Shown: positions 8,874-17,574 of the stretch, one piece after another
How positions within the stretch are numbered: position 1 is the first letter of the stretch
How the letters are laid out: each line of letters starts with the position of its first letter
Source of the DNA: a virus
Length of the DNA stretch: 64,000 nucleotides
Virus record (IMG/VR): IMGVR_UViG_3300042399_002267
Direction: 5' to 3' (one strand)
Notes under the pieces: model-generated
What the model was told of the DNA's origin: nothing
Seen by the model: only the letters and a program-made list of their open reading frames with translations
Database searches by the model: none
Translations under genes and position numbers: made by a program

Positions 8874-11800
8874 ATGCCAGCAACAACTTCTAATCTGACA
8901 ACATTCTCTAATATAGCTAGATCTGGTTCTTTAGCTAATTATGACTGGACTTTACCTTCTAATGCCCAAACAAACAACACTACATCGGCATTAGTTGATG
9001 CGGTGCCTGATACATCAAGAACTGCATCAGGTGAAGGCTATATAGATTTTTTACAAGGTAAACAACTTGTTACAACTGTACCAACAACCGCTATAATCAC
9101 AGGTTTAGCAATCAGAGTTAGAAGAGATGGTGGAGATTCTGTTTGGGATGGCTCTTCAGGTGTTGCTGTTACTGATCAAGTTATCACTTTAATCCACACA
9201 GCCCCAGATGGAATTACTAGAGTTATTGGTGATAATAAATCTACTGGAGATCTGTGGAATACAGGATCATTACAATACTACACTGTTGGTGGAACTAATG
9301 ACACTTGGAATGTAGGTGGATTAGGTCTTACAGCATGGTTGGTCAATGATGCTGGATTTGGAATTAGTATTTCTCCATACGTTAAATACAATATTTTGGG
9401 ACAGCAGCGAATAGGCTCACCTGAAATTATTCAGTTTGCTGACCCTACACCTTTTGTTGGTCTTTATGGACAACATACAAAAATTGATCATGTTGAAGTT
9501 TCTGTATTTTATCTTGCAACAGATATTACATTTGACGGTGGTTCTGCAATTGGAATTACAACAGGACAAATTCTTTCTGTAATTCACAGATTATCTGCAA
9601 GCAACAGAATTCAACACATTGGAAAAACATCAGAACAATCTGTGGGATCTCATAGATTATCCTTAAGCATTTACACTATTAAGCCATCAGCGCTGAATAC
9701 AGCTCAAGCTATGAGCAATGTAAATAGATTGTCTGCTATTGCTAGGATTAGAGTTGCTGGACAAAATTCTGATCAAAATTTAGGTAACACTAGATTATCC
9801 ATATCACCTTATAGAATTTTACACTCAAGTATATTAACTGGTCAAAATTTATCAAATAGCAATTTGCTCTATGCATCTGCAAACATTCGTCCAAATGGTT
9901 TATTAAGTGTTGACTCATTTGGATTGCAAAAACTACAAGCTGTTGCATCAATAAAACCAGGATCTTTAATTTCACAAGAAAGCTTAGGCTTAGATAGATT
10001 ATATGCTACTGCTGCAATAAGACCTTCATCTATATCCACATTTGAATCACTTGGAAATCTTAGATTATTTGCAACTGCTAATATTTTAGCAGAAAGTTTG
10101 AGATCTGCTCAAAACACTGGACAAATAAGACTAACATCTATAGCAAATATTAGACCAACATCTACACCAAGTGCTCAAACTCTTGGAAATCACTTAATAT
10201 CAAATATTTCTGGTATTAGACCTTCTGGGTTATTAACACAGCAAGTTGTAAATACTCCATCTTTGACCGCCAGTTCAAGAGTATTTACAAGTGGTATTAT
10301 CTCACCAGCAACCGTTTCTAATGCTCATTATTTATATAACTATTTTTATGAAAACTTAAATGGTTTTTCAAATAGTTTTTATGCTGGAGATTTTGCAACA
10401 TTTTTTGCATGGGATAGTACTTACAACCTGCCTTTTACAGCACAAAATGGTAAATCTGTAAGAAGATTAAGCGTTGGAGATGGAAGCACACCAGGAAATA
10501 GAGTAGCAGTTTATCCAGCTGGTTACTTTAGGGGACCTTCATTCTACTATTCAGGTTATATAAAGATAAACACAAGTGGTGGGTTATCTGGATTAGGTTT
10601 TGGTATTGATCCTACAACATCAACCAACGGATATTTTGTACTTTTAAGCGCTAATAATTCTGTTGGAAGTCCTTCTGTTCAAATTAGAAAAAATTTAAAT
10701 GGTTCAAATATTGCATCATTCAACAGAGCGGGATTAATAAATACCACTGATTGGTATAGAATTATTATAACTTGGAGCTCAAGTGGCTTGATTACAGCCA
10801 ATGTATATAATTCTTTAGGCTCAACTTTGGTTGCATCTGTTACAGTAACTGATACGACATATCCGTATGGTTTGATTGGTGTATCTGCATTTGATGACTC
10901 AGCATTTGATAACCTTACAAATATAGTTGCTAAATTTATTACTGATGTTACTGGAGTAATTTCTGCTGAAGTTGTTTCACAATCTCATAGACTTGTTTAC
11001 GGTGGTGCAACAATAAATGTTGTTAATCGTGGTATTTCAGCTCCAAATTTCTCAGGAGTGCATAGATTATCTTCACGATTTGTAATAAGATCAGTTGGAA
11101 TAGCAACAGGGCAATTATTAGGCAGTCATACACTTAAAGCTTCATATAAAGTTTATCCAACATCAATAGCAACTGCGCAAATATTAGGTGATCATACATT
11201 ATCTTTTGGTTCAGCTAAAATCATTCCTAATGGATTGACAACAAGTGAGAGTTTAGGTTTACATAGGCTTAATCCTGGTAATTCAAATATTTTAGCAATA
11301 AGTTTAGCTACTGGTCAAAACATTGGATTACACAGACTAATTACTGGCGGGGTATATATTTATCCGTCCGGCGCAGTATCTGCGCAAAATATAGGATTAC
11401 ACAGATTAAATCCAGGTAATACTAATATATTTGCGACATCATTGCAAACAGCTCAATTGATAGGAGCTCATTTATTAACAACTACAGCATTTATTAAACC
11501 TTCTGGACAGACAACAAAAGATGCATTTGGATTGCATACCTTAATTCCAGGTGGTGCAAGAATATTCCATTCAGGTCTAATTACTGCACAAACATCAGGA
11601 AGTCATAGATTGCTTCTAGTTGGAAGTGAAATATTAGCAATTGGAATAATAACTGGGCAAAATTTAGGACAGCACATATTAGTACCTGGCAAGATAAATA
11701 TACTACATGCTTCTTTAGCATCAGCGCAAGCTTTAGGATTGCACAGACTCGCAGCAGCAAATTATATCTTCCCTGCAAGTACTACAACAGGTCAGATTAT

Positions 11801-14282
11801 TGGCAGTCATCTACTCAAATCAACGGCAAATATAAATCCGCAAGGAATAATATCAGATGCTAGTTTAGGATTACACAGACTTTCATCATCGGGTGTAAAT
11901 ATATATCCAAGTGGTCAAACTACAATTCAAGCTATTGGATTACATAGATTATCTGCAAGAAACTACATTTATCCCGGCGGTACTACAACTGAACAAATAA
12001 TTGGTAGTCATTTACTAAATATCAGTGCAAGAATACTACATTTATCTTTATTGACAGCACAAAATATAGGATTACATAGACTGATACCTGGTGGTGTGTA
12101 CATTTACCCATTTGGAATAAGCTCAATTCAAAATATTGGTTTACATAGATTGACTGGAGCCATCTTAATTAGACCTGATGGATTGACGACAGCTCAACAA
12201 ATTGGCTTACATAGATTAGTACAATTAGCTCTTTCAATAAGACCTTCAGGAACTATTACAGCACAAGTTCTTGGATTGCATAGATTGTCTGCAAGGAATT
12301 ATATTTATCCAGGTGGGACAACAACTGGTCAGATTATAGGAAGTCATAGCTTAATTTCATCTTACAAAATATATCCTACAACTATAAATACCATACAGAC
12401 AATAGGATTACATAGACTTTCACCAGGTAACACTAATATTTATCACATTAGCATAATCACAGGTGAAAGAATTGGTTTACATAGATTATTTACAGGCACA
12501 AGTATAAGACCAAATGGATTGGATTCATCAAATGTAATTACCAATTTACATAGATTACAATTACCAGCATATGGAATAAGACCAATTGGATTATCAACTG
12601 TTCAAGCAATTGGATTACATAGACTATCTGCAATTAACTTCATTTACCCAACAGGAACAAATTCAAGTACTCTTATTACTAATCTTCATAGATTAGCTGT
12701 TAGAAACTTTATATATCCAGGCGGAACTCCTACTGGACAAATAATTGGAAGTCATTTACTCAATACTGGATCTTCTATAAGACCTTCTGGATTGCTGACT
12801 GCACAAACTATTGGATTGCATAGACTTTCAACAATAGTAAGTATAAATCCAAGCGGTCAAACTACAATTCAAGCTATTGGATTACATAGATTATCTGCAA
12901 GAAATTACATTTATCCCGGCGGTACTACTACTGGACAAATAATTGGAAGTCATACTCTTGTAGCAAATGCATACATAAGACCTATTGGAACAATAACAAG
13001 ACAAGCTATAGGCAATCATAGACTAAGTGGAATTGTCCTAATAACACCTACAAATATTGATGCAACCCCGCTGCCAGAATTGCATAGATTGGTTGTGCCT
13101 TCATATAATATTTACCCATCTGGTACACTTACTGGTCAAACTATTGGACTACATAGATTAGCATCTATGAATTACATAAGACCACAATTTTTACCATCTA
13201 GGGAAATTGTTGGTAGTCATAGACTTGTAGTTGGTAGAGCTAGTATCTATCATGTAAGTATCATATCTGATCAAACTATTGGATTACATAGACTAGATGC
13301 ATCTATAAATATCAAACCTGCTGGATTAACTACAGCACAAAATATTGGTCTTCATAGATTAGTTTACGGTGCAGCAACTATATATGCTAGTGGATTAGCT
13401 ACAAGAGAAACAATTGGATTACATAGATTGTATGCGAGAGCATGGATCTATCATATTTCTCCATTTGATAAGACTGAAGTTGGTTGGTCAGATGGTGCGC
13501 ATGGTGTGTATCTGTCATTTGATGAATTTATCTATGTCAATAATCATGCACCTGGTCAGCCTGGTTACTATCCAATGGATGCTCCAGATATTGGTAAAAT
13601 TCATAGATTAAATGTTGAAAATTATAATATATTTGCATCAAGCTTGCCTACAGTTGAAAATCCATTAGGAAATCACAGATTATCTTACTTAGCATCTATA
13701 AGAGCTATAACAATTTCAAGTGAAGAAGTTATAGGATTACATAGATTAAATGCAGTTGCATATATCAGACCTTCTGCAAAGACTACTGAAGAGGCAATAG
13801 GATTGCATAGATTATATGCAAATTATAATATCTATCCTATGGGTCAACAAAGCAGATCATTTGTTGGAAATAACAGAGTAAGTGTCATTCTTGGACCTCT
13901 TGCTGGTTCAAATACTGGAAGTGAAATACTCCTTTCTGAAAATGGTACTGATCTTTATACGTGGTCTTCTTCCGTATTCCCACAAGTAGAAGTCATATTA
14001 AATTCCAATATACTTCCTGGATCAGCATATCAATTGTTACCTAACTCAGGAAAGATAGTATTCAATTCTATTGTAATTTCTGGAACTGATACTCTTGTAG
14101 TAAAACTTTATACCTTTATTCTAAGTAATGTTCCAAAACTTACATTTGAATCATATATTTATGTTTGGGGTATTGAGTCAAGACAAAGATTAGGAAGACA
14201 TAAACTTAAACTGCAAAGCACACCAGGCTTCATTGATTCTTACTTTGAGTTGTTACAGACAATCGAAGTTGATATTCAATAA
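8874..14282 (+). CDS. Long repeat-rich tail fibre / virion surface protein
   Basis: N-terminal jelly-roll-like domain, ~50 repeats of IxPxGxxTxQxIGLHRL, and an embedded concanavalin/LamG-like domain at ~10340-10920. Confidence 0.7.
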   Translation: MPATTSNLTTFSNIARSGSLANYDWTLPSNAQTNNTTSALVDAVPDTSRTASGEGYIDFLQGKQLVTTVPTTAIITGLAIRVRRDGGDSVWDGSSGVAVTDQVITLIHTAPDGITRVIGDNKSTGDLWNTGSLQYYTVGGTNDTWNVGGLGLTAWLVNDAGFGISISPYVKYNILGQQRIGSPEIIQFADPTPFVGLYGQHTKIDHVEVSVFYLATDITFDGGSAIGITTGQILSVIHRLSASNRIQHIGKTSEQSVGSHRLSLSIYTIKPSALNTAQAMSNVNRLSAIARIRVAGQNSDQNLGNTRLSISPYRILHSSILTGQNLSNSNLLYASANIRPNGLLSVDSFGLQKLQAVASIKPGSLISQESLGLDRLYATAAIRPSSISTFESLGNLRLFATANILAESLRSAQNTGQIRLTSIANIRPTSTPSAQTLGNHLISNISGIRPSGLLTQQVVNTPSLTASSRVFTSGIISPATVSNAHYLYNYFYENLNGFSNSFYAGDFATFFAWDSTYNLPFTAQNGKSVRRLSVGDGSTPGNRVAVYPAGYFRGPSFYYSGYIKINTSGGLSGLGFGIDPTTSTNGYFVLLSANNSVGSPSVQIRKNLNGSNIASFNRAGLINTTDWYRIIITWSSSGLITANVYNSLGSTLVASVTVTDTTYPYGLIGVSAFDDSAFDNLTNIVAKFITDVTGVISAEVVSQSHRLVYGGATINVVNRGISAPNFSGVHRLSSRFVIRSVGIATGQLLGSHTLKASYKVYPTSIATAQILGDHTLSFGSAKIIPNGLTTSESLGLHRLNPGNSNILAISLATGQNIGLHRLITGGVYIYPSGAVSAQNIGLHRLNPGNTNIFATSLQTAQLIGAHLLTTTAFIKPSGQTTKDAFGLHTLIPGGARIFHSGLITAQTSGSHRLLLVGSEILAIGIITGQNLGQHILVPGKINILHASLASAQALGLHRLAAANYIFPASTTTGQIIGSHLLKSTANINPQGIISDASLGLHRLSSSGVNIYPSGQTTIQAIGLHRLSARNYIYPGGTTTEQIIGSHLLNISARILHLSLLTAQNIGLHRLIPGGVYIYPFGISSIQNIGLHRLTGAILIRPDGLTTAQQIGLHRLVQLALSIRPSGTITAQVLGLHRLSARNYIYPGGTTTGQIIGSHSLISSYKIYPTTINTIQTIGLHRLSPGNTNIYHISIITGERIGLHRLFTGTSIRPNGLDSSNVITNLHRLQLPAYGIRPIGLSTVQAIGLHRLSAINFIYPTGTNSSTLITNLHRLAVRNFIYPGGTPTGQIIGSHLLNTGSSIRPSGLLTAQTIGLHRLSTIVSINPSGQTTIQAIGLHRLSARNYIYPGGTTTGQIIGSHTLVANAYIRPIGTITRQAIGNHRLSGIVLITPTNIDATPLPELHRLVVPSYNIYPSGTLTGQTIGLHRLASMNYIRPQFLPSREIVGSHRLVVGRASIYHVSIISDQTIGLHRLDASINIKPAGLTTAQNIGLHRLVYGAATIYASGLATRETIGLHRLYARAWIYHISPFDKTEVGWSDGAHGVYLSFDEFIYVNNHAPGQPGYYPMDAPDIGKIHRLNVENYNIFASSLPTVENPLGNHRLSYLASIRAITISSEEVIGLHRLNAVAYIRPSAKTTEEAIGLHRLYANYNIYPMGQQSRSFVGNNRVSVILGPLAGSNTGSEILLSENGTDLYTWSSSVFPQVEVILNSNILPGSAYQLLPNSGKIVFNSIVISGTDTLVVKLYTFILSNVPKLTFESYIYVWGIESRQRLGRHKLKLQSTPGFIDSYFELLQTIEVDIQ
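9549..13880 (+). repeat. In-frame coding repeats of ~22-26 aa (GLHRL repeat)
   Basis: About 12 degenerate units lie before the lectin-like domain and about 40 well-conserved units after it. It includes a near-identical ~87-bp pair at 11905-11991 and 12847-12933. Confidence 0.9.
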
Positions 14283-14293
14283 AAGGATTTGAC

Positions 14294-14590
14294 ATGAGAC
14301 AAAAATTAATTTACACAAATCAAACCATAAGAATTTACGCTCGAATAAGAGATATTGATGGTAATTTAGCAGATCCACAAGTTATAGAATTTGAATTTAA
14401 ACAACCTAACGACACTGAATCTACTACTTACTCAATAGGCACTATAAAAAAACAAGCAACTGGTGTATATTATATTGATTTAGAAATTGTTCAACCCGGT
14501 AAACACAAATACACTTGGGTTACTGACGGTGCTTTGAAATCTTCTTATAAAAGTTTCTTTGATGCATTAGATCATGACTGGGTTAGATGA
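14294..14590 (+). CDS. Small Ig-like virion protein (BppU N-terminal-like)
   Basis: TIRIYARIRDIDGNLADP...TGVYYIDLEIVQPGKHKYTW is a beta-sandwich pattern common in tail modules. Confidence 0.5.
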   Translation: MRQKLIYTNQTIRIYARIRDIDGNLADPQVIEFEFKQPNDTESTTYSIGTIKKQATGVYYIDLEIVQPGKHKYTWVTDGALKSSYKSFFDALDHDWVR

Positions 14591-15540
14591 TGAGCTATCC
14601 TAGTATTTTAACTAGAGCAGAGTTTGCCACTGGATTATTGATACGAAGCATCAAAGTGAATGGATATTATCTGCTTGTTGATAATTGCACTATAAATCCA
14701 ACACAAGAAATAGACACATCTGAAAAATTTATTCAAGGTGGACCTGGTCAGGCTGTATCAATTATCAATGTAAAAAAAATAACTGGTCAATTGTCTTTTC
14801 CTTTAAGAATAGATAAAAACAATAACTTGGAGCAAGCTGCTAAAGAGATATTAAAGCATGCTGAGAATCCAATCAATTCATTGTCTATAGAAACAAATCA
14901 TGTACTTTCTCATTTTGATTTAACTGTTGAAGACCATGCCACTGATAATAACGAATTAATTACTTTATCAACTATGGTAGTTAGTAATTTGACAATTTCA
15001 GCATCACCTGACAATGAAATAAAAGTGTCAGTAGAAATGGAAGGGATGCTAGACTCAAGAACTGCAACAAATTTTGCATTACCTGATCAATTAGACCTTT
15101 TAGGTAGAGCTTTATCATGGGGTGATTGTTCAATCTCAAGAGCAGAATCATCTATGAGAAATTCTGACTCGATAGAAGTAAGTATAATCAACACATTAGA
15201 TACTCCATATTTTTTATTACCATACAATGATAATCCCGATTTAACAATAAGAACTGATCAAATACATCACGTTGGTGTTCAAGCTGTCAAATGGTCTGGT
15301 AAAAGTACAGAAGTTCTAAGAAAAGGCGCAGAACTTCATACACATATACATGGCGGTTGGATGGAACAAGAAAATTTAATTGCTAACTTTGGACCTGTAA
15401 CAGCTACTTTCACAACTCCATTATTCAAGGTAGCCCAAATTCCCCTTACCCCTAGTGTTATAAAAAGAACAACAGAGTGGATTAGTTTGGTAAGACCTGG
15501 CAGACCATTAAGCTCAGGTGGACTATTTACCTTTGCATAA
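14587..15540 (+). CDS. Tail-tube-like protein (paralog 1)
   Basis: Beta-rich. FIQGGPG...ITGQLSFPL and VSNLTISASPDNEIKVSVEMEG resemble the tail-tube fold. ATGA overlap with the upstream gene. Confidence 0.45.
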   Translation: MMSYPSILTRAEFATGLLIRSIKVNGYYLLVDNCTINPTQEIDTSEKFIQGGPGQAVSIINVKKITGQLSFPLRIDKNNNLEQAAKEILKHAENPINSLSIETNHVLSHFDLTVEDHATDNNELITLSTMVVSNLTISASPDNEIKVSVEMEGMLDSRTATNFALPDQLDLLGRALSWGDCSISRAESSMRNSDSIEVSIINTLDTPYFLLPYNDNPDLTIRTDQIHHVGVQAVKWSGKSTEVLRKGAELHTHIHGGWMEQENLIANFGPVTATFTTPLFKVAQIPLTPSVIKRTTEWISLVRPGRPLSSGGLFTFA

Positions 15541-15543
15541 AAA

Positions 15544-15568
15544 AGGTTTAGAACACTTAAAATGGTAA
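15544..15568 (+). promoter_or_regulatory. Variant of candidate late promoter (AGG-N17-GGTAA)
   Basis: AAAAGG, then 17 nt, then GGTAAAT, upstream of a gene with a GAGGA RBS. The downstream element is degenerate. Confidence 0.3.
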
Positions 15569-15604
15569 ATATTTATATTAAGTAAGACCACGAGGAATAC
15601 AAAT

Positions 15605-16651
15605 ATGCCAATAAACAATAACTTTTACGGTGTTTATAAATCACTTCAAATTGACAATAGAAAAGTTGTTGTCACAAGTGCCAAAAGAGACAGAGATATG
15701 GACGCTTCTGCTGTCAACTACATTCAAGGTACACCTAAAGCTCGTGTCATGAATATAGGTGGTGTTACTGAGACTATAACACTTGAGTCACCTGTTTTAG
15801 TTGGCGCAGGTTCTTCCGTTGATGGAAGATACCTTGCCAATAAAAAATTAGAAGAAATTCTCATTTCTGGCACTGGTGGGTCTTTGCCTTTATTATCAGG
15901 TGCGAGATTTAATATTTCTCAAGAAGGTGCATCAGTAAGTTTGACATTATTGTCTGACGGAAATCCATTCAACACAACAATATTTGACATTAGAAGTGAT
16001 GAAGTTCCAGAATTAGATCCAATAGCGTATGGTCCTTCTAGAGTTGGTAAATTTTATGACTTTAGAGTACAAATTGGTACAAGAAGTTATTTTATAACAT
16101 CAGCAAATATTTCTGTAGAAGTTGGCACAGACAAACAGTACTTCTTTGTTCCAGGTGGATGGGAAGATGGAAGAGGATATGGTCCTGCTGGTTCAGGCGT
16201 AACATTTGACAAAACATTCTCAAGTACTGGTAACTCTTATTATCCTGGCACTCAATTCCCATGGATTGGTGTTAATAGCATCAAAATTTCTGGTGGCGGA
16301 CAAGCTGCTGTTCTTTTGCAAAACCTCAACAAAGGTACAGGTCCTTATGGACAAGCAGCTGATGGGTCTGAAGACACTGACTTTTTAGATTCTGGTGAAG
16401 CTTACAACTTGTCTCTTGAACCAGGCACTACAGATATGACTTTGCAAAAACCTGGTATTGCTGTATCAGAAAATGCAAACTTTAGATTAGAGATTTACGA
16501 CCCTGCATACAAAACGGCAGGTGGATCAGGATGGACATCATTGCTACCATCATCAATTGATACAAGAGTATCATTAGTTCATACTTCTAACTTTTCACTA
16601 AATACTGGACTCTTGACTGTAGACTTTTCATTCCTATGTTGGGTTAAATAA
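15605..16651 (+). CDS. Tail-tube-like protein (paralog 2)
   Basis: YIQGTPKARVMNIGGVTETITLESPVL parallels paralog 1. Beta-rich, with a GAGGA RBS. Confidence 0.5.
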   Translation: MPINNNFYGVYKSLQIDNRKVVVTSAKRDRDMDASAVNYIQGTPKARVMNIGGVTETITLESPVLVGAGSSVDGRYLANKKLEEILISGTGGSLPLLSGARFNISQEGASVSLTLLSDGNPFNTTIFDIRSDEVPELDPIAYGPSRVGKFYDFRVQIGTRSYFITSANISVEVGTDKQYFFVPGGWEDGRGYGPAGSGVTFDKTFSSTGNSYYPGTQFPWIGVNSIKISGGGQAAVLLQNLNKGTGPYGQAADGSEDTDFLDSGEAYNLSLEPGTTDMTLQKPGIAVSENANFRLEIYDPAYKTAGGSGWTSLLPSSIDTRVSLVHTSNFSLNTGLLTVDFSFLCWVK

Positions 16652-17164
16652 TTAATCATCATCATCATCATCTTCAGTGAAATCAACGATATATTCCTCA
16701 TAATCCCAGTCGTCAGATTCATCCATGTCTGTCCATACATCTTTGATGGCATACATGGGTTTTTCTGTCACTAATGCTAAAATTAATCCATCACACAGAG
16801 ATGTTATAGCAAATGTTCTATTAAATGATTTATCTACTAATTTCAAAGAACAGTATATAACATCTCCAACTTTAGATTCTATAACAACAGATTCAACTTC
16901 TGATTTATATAATCTGAGATATTTCAAAAACAATTGGTGAATGGTTTGTATATGAGAATTTAAGTGTAATTCTTTGTATACGAAAGAAAGCATACTAGCT
17001 TCATAATTGTTTATTTCAAAAATATTTTTACGTTCACCATCTGTCATTACTACAAACGTTCTATGATCTTGTGTTGATGCTATGTGTTCAATATCAACTC
17101 TAATTAATTCAAGATCTTCAGACGGCTGAAGCTCAGATAAATCTAATTTTATTTTATTTTTCAT
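16652..17164 (-). CDS. DUF151 / bifunctional nuclease (BFN)-like protein
   Basis: EINNYEASML, TIHQLFLKYL, VESVVIESKVGDVIYCSLKL and CDGLILALVTEKPMY align by eye with the DUF151 pattern (IG.FEA.AI...RPLTHDL...VVI.....FYA.L...RPSDAIALA...PIY). Acidic C-terminal tail. Confidence 0.75.
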   Translation of the reverse strand: MKNKIKLDLSELQPSEDLELIRVDIEHIASTQDHRTFVVMTDGERKNIFEINNYEASMLSFVYKELHLNSHIQTIHQLFLKYLRLYKSEVESVVIESKVGDVIYCSLKLVDKSFNRTFAITSLCDGLILALVTEKPMYAIKDVWTDMDESDDWDYEEYIVDFTEDDDDDD

Positions 17165-17574
17165 TTTTCACAACCATGGATTTTACAAGTTTTACATGAA
17201 TGGCAAAGAGAATTATTGATCCAGTAAGATGTACTTATCAATATTCCACCGGATACAAGAATCAAAGTATAAATATCAAAGTGAAATTCATGTTCGTGAT
17301 TATAATGGTTATGTGCCATTTTTCCAATCACAAATAATGCAGTGCCTATTCCTAATAGACCTAAGGCTTTCAAAGATCTATGCTTCTTGTATCCAAAACA
17401 CAAATTTGACAAATTTAGAAACAAAGAAATTATTAGCAATGCCCATTCTACAGGCTCAGTAACAAATAATGAGATGCTTGCAATTGGAAAAACTATAACA
17501 AAAATTGGCATTACAGCACAATGAATTGCGCATGCTAATGTTGCATATGTACCCAATAAACCTAAATTTTTCAT
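17161..17574 (-). CDS. MerC-domain membrane protein (metal transport/binding)
   Basis: LGLLGTYATLACAIHCAVMP is the MerC-type CxxHC signature. Four hydrophobic segments, GYKKHR, a His-rich loop HNHYNHEHEFH and a C-terminal CHSCKTCKIHGC. Confidence 0.8.
   Translation of the reverse strand: MKNLGLLGTYATLACAIHCAVMPIFVIVFPIASISLFVTEPVEWALLIISLFLNLSNLCFGYKKHRSLKALGLLGIGTALFVIGKMAHNHYNHEHEFHFDIYTLILVSGGILISTSYWINNSLCHSCKTCKIHGCEK

Noticed and set aside
11905-12933. Diversity-generating retroelement TR/VR pair
   Set aside because: The mismatches (T/C, C/T, A/T) are not adenine-specific, both copies are in-frame within one gene's repeat array, and no reverse transcriptase lies in the window.
10950-13880. 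CRISPR-like array (recurring GGATTACATAGATT)
   Set aside because: The repeats are codon-phased, synonymous-variable and inside a long ORF. They are not fixed direct repeats with unique spacers, and no cas genes are present.
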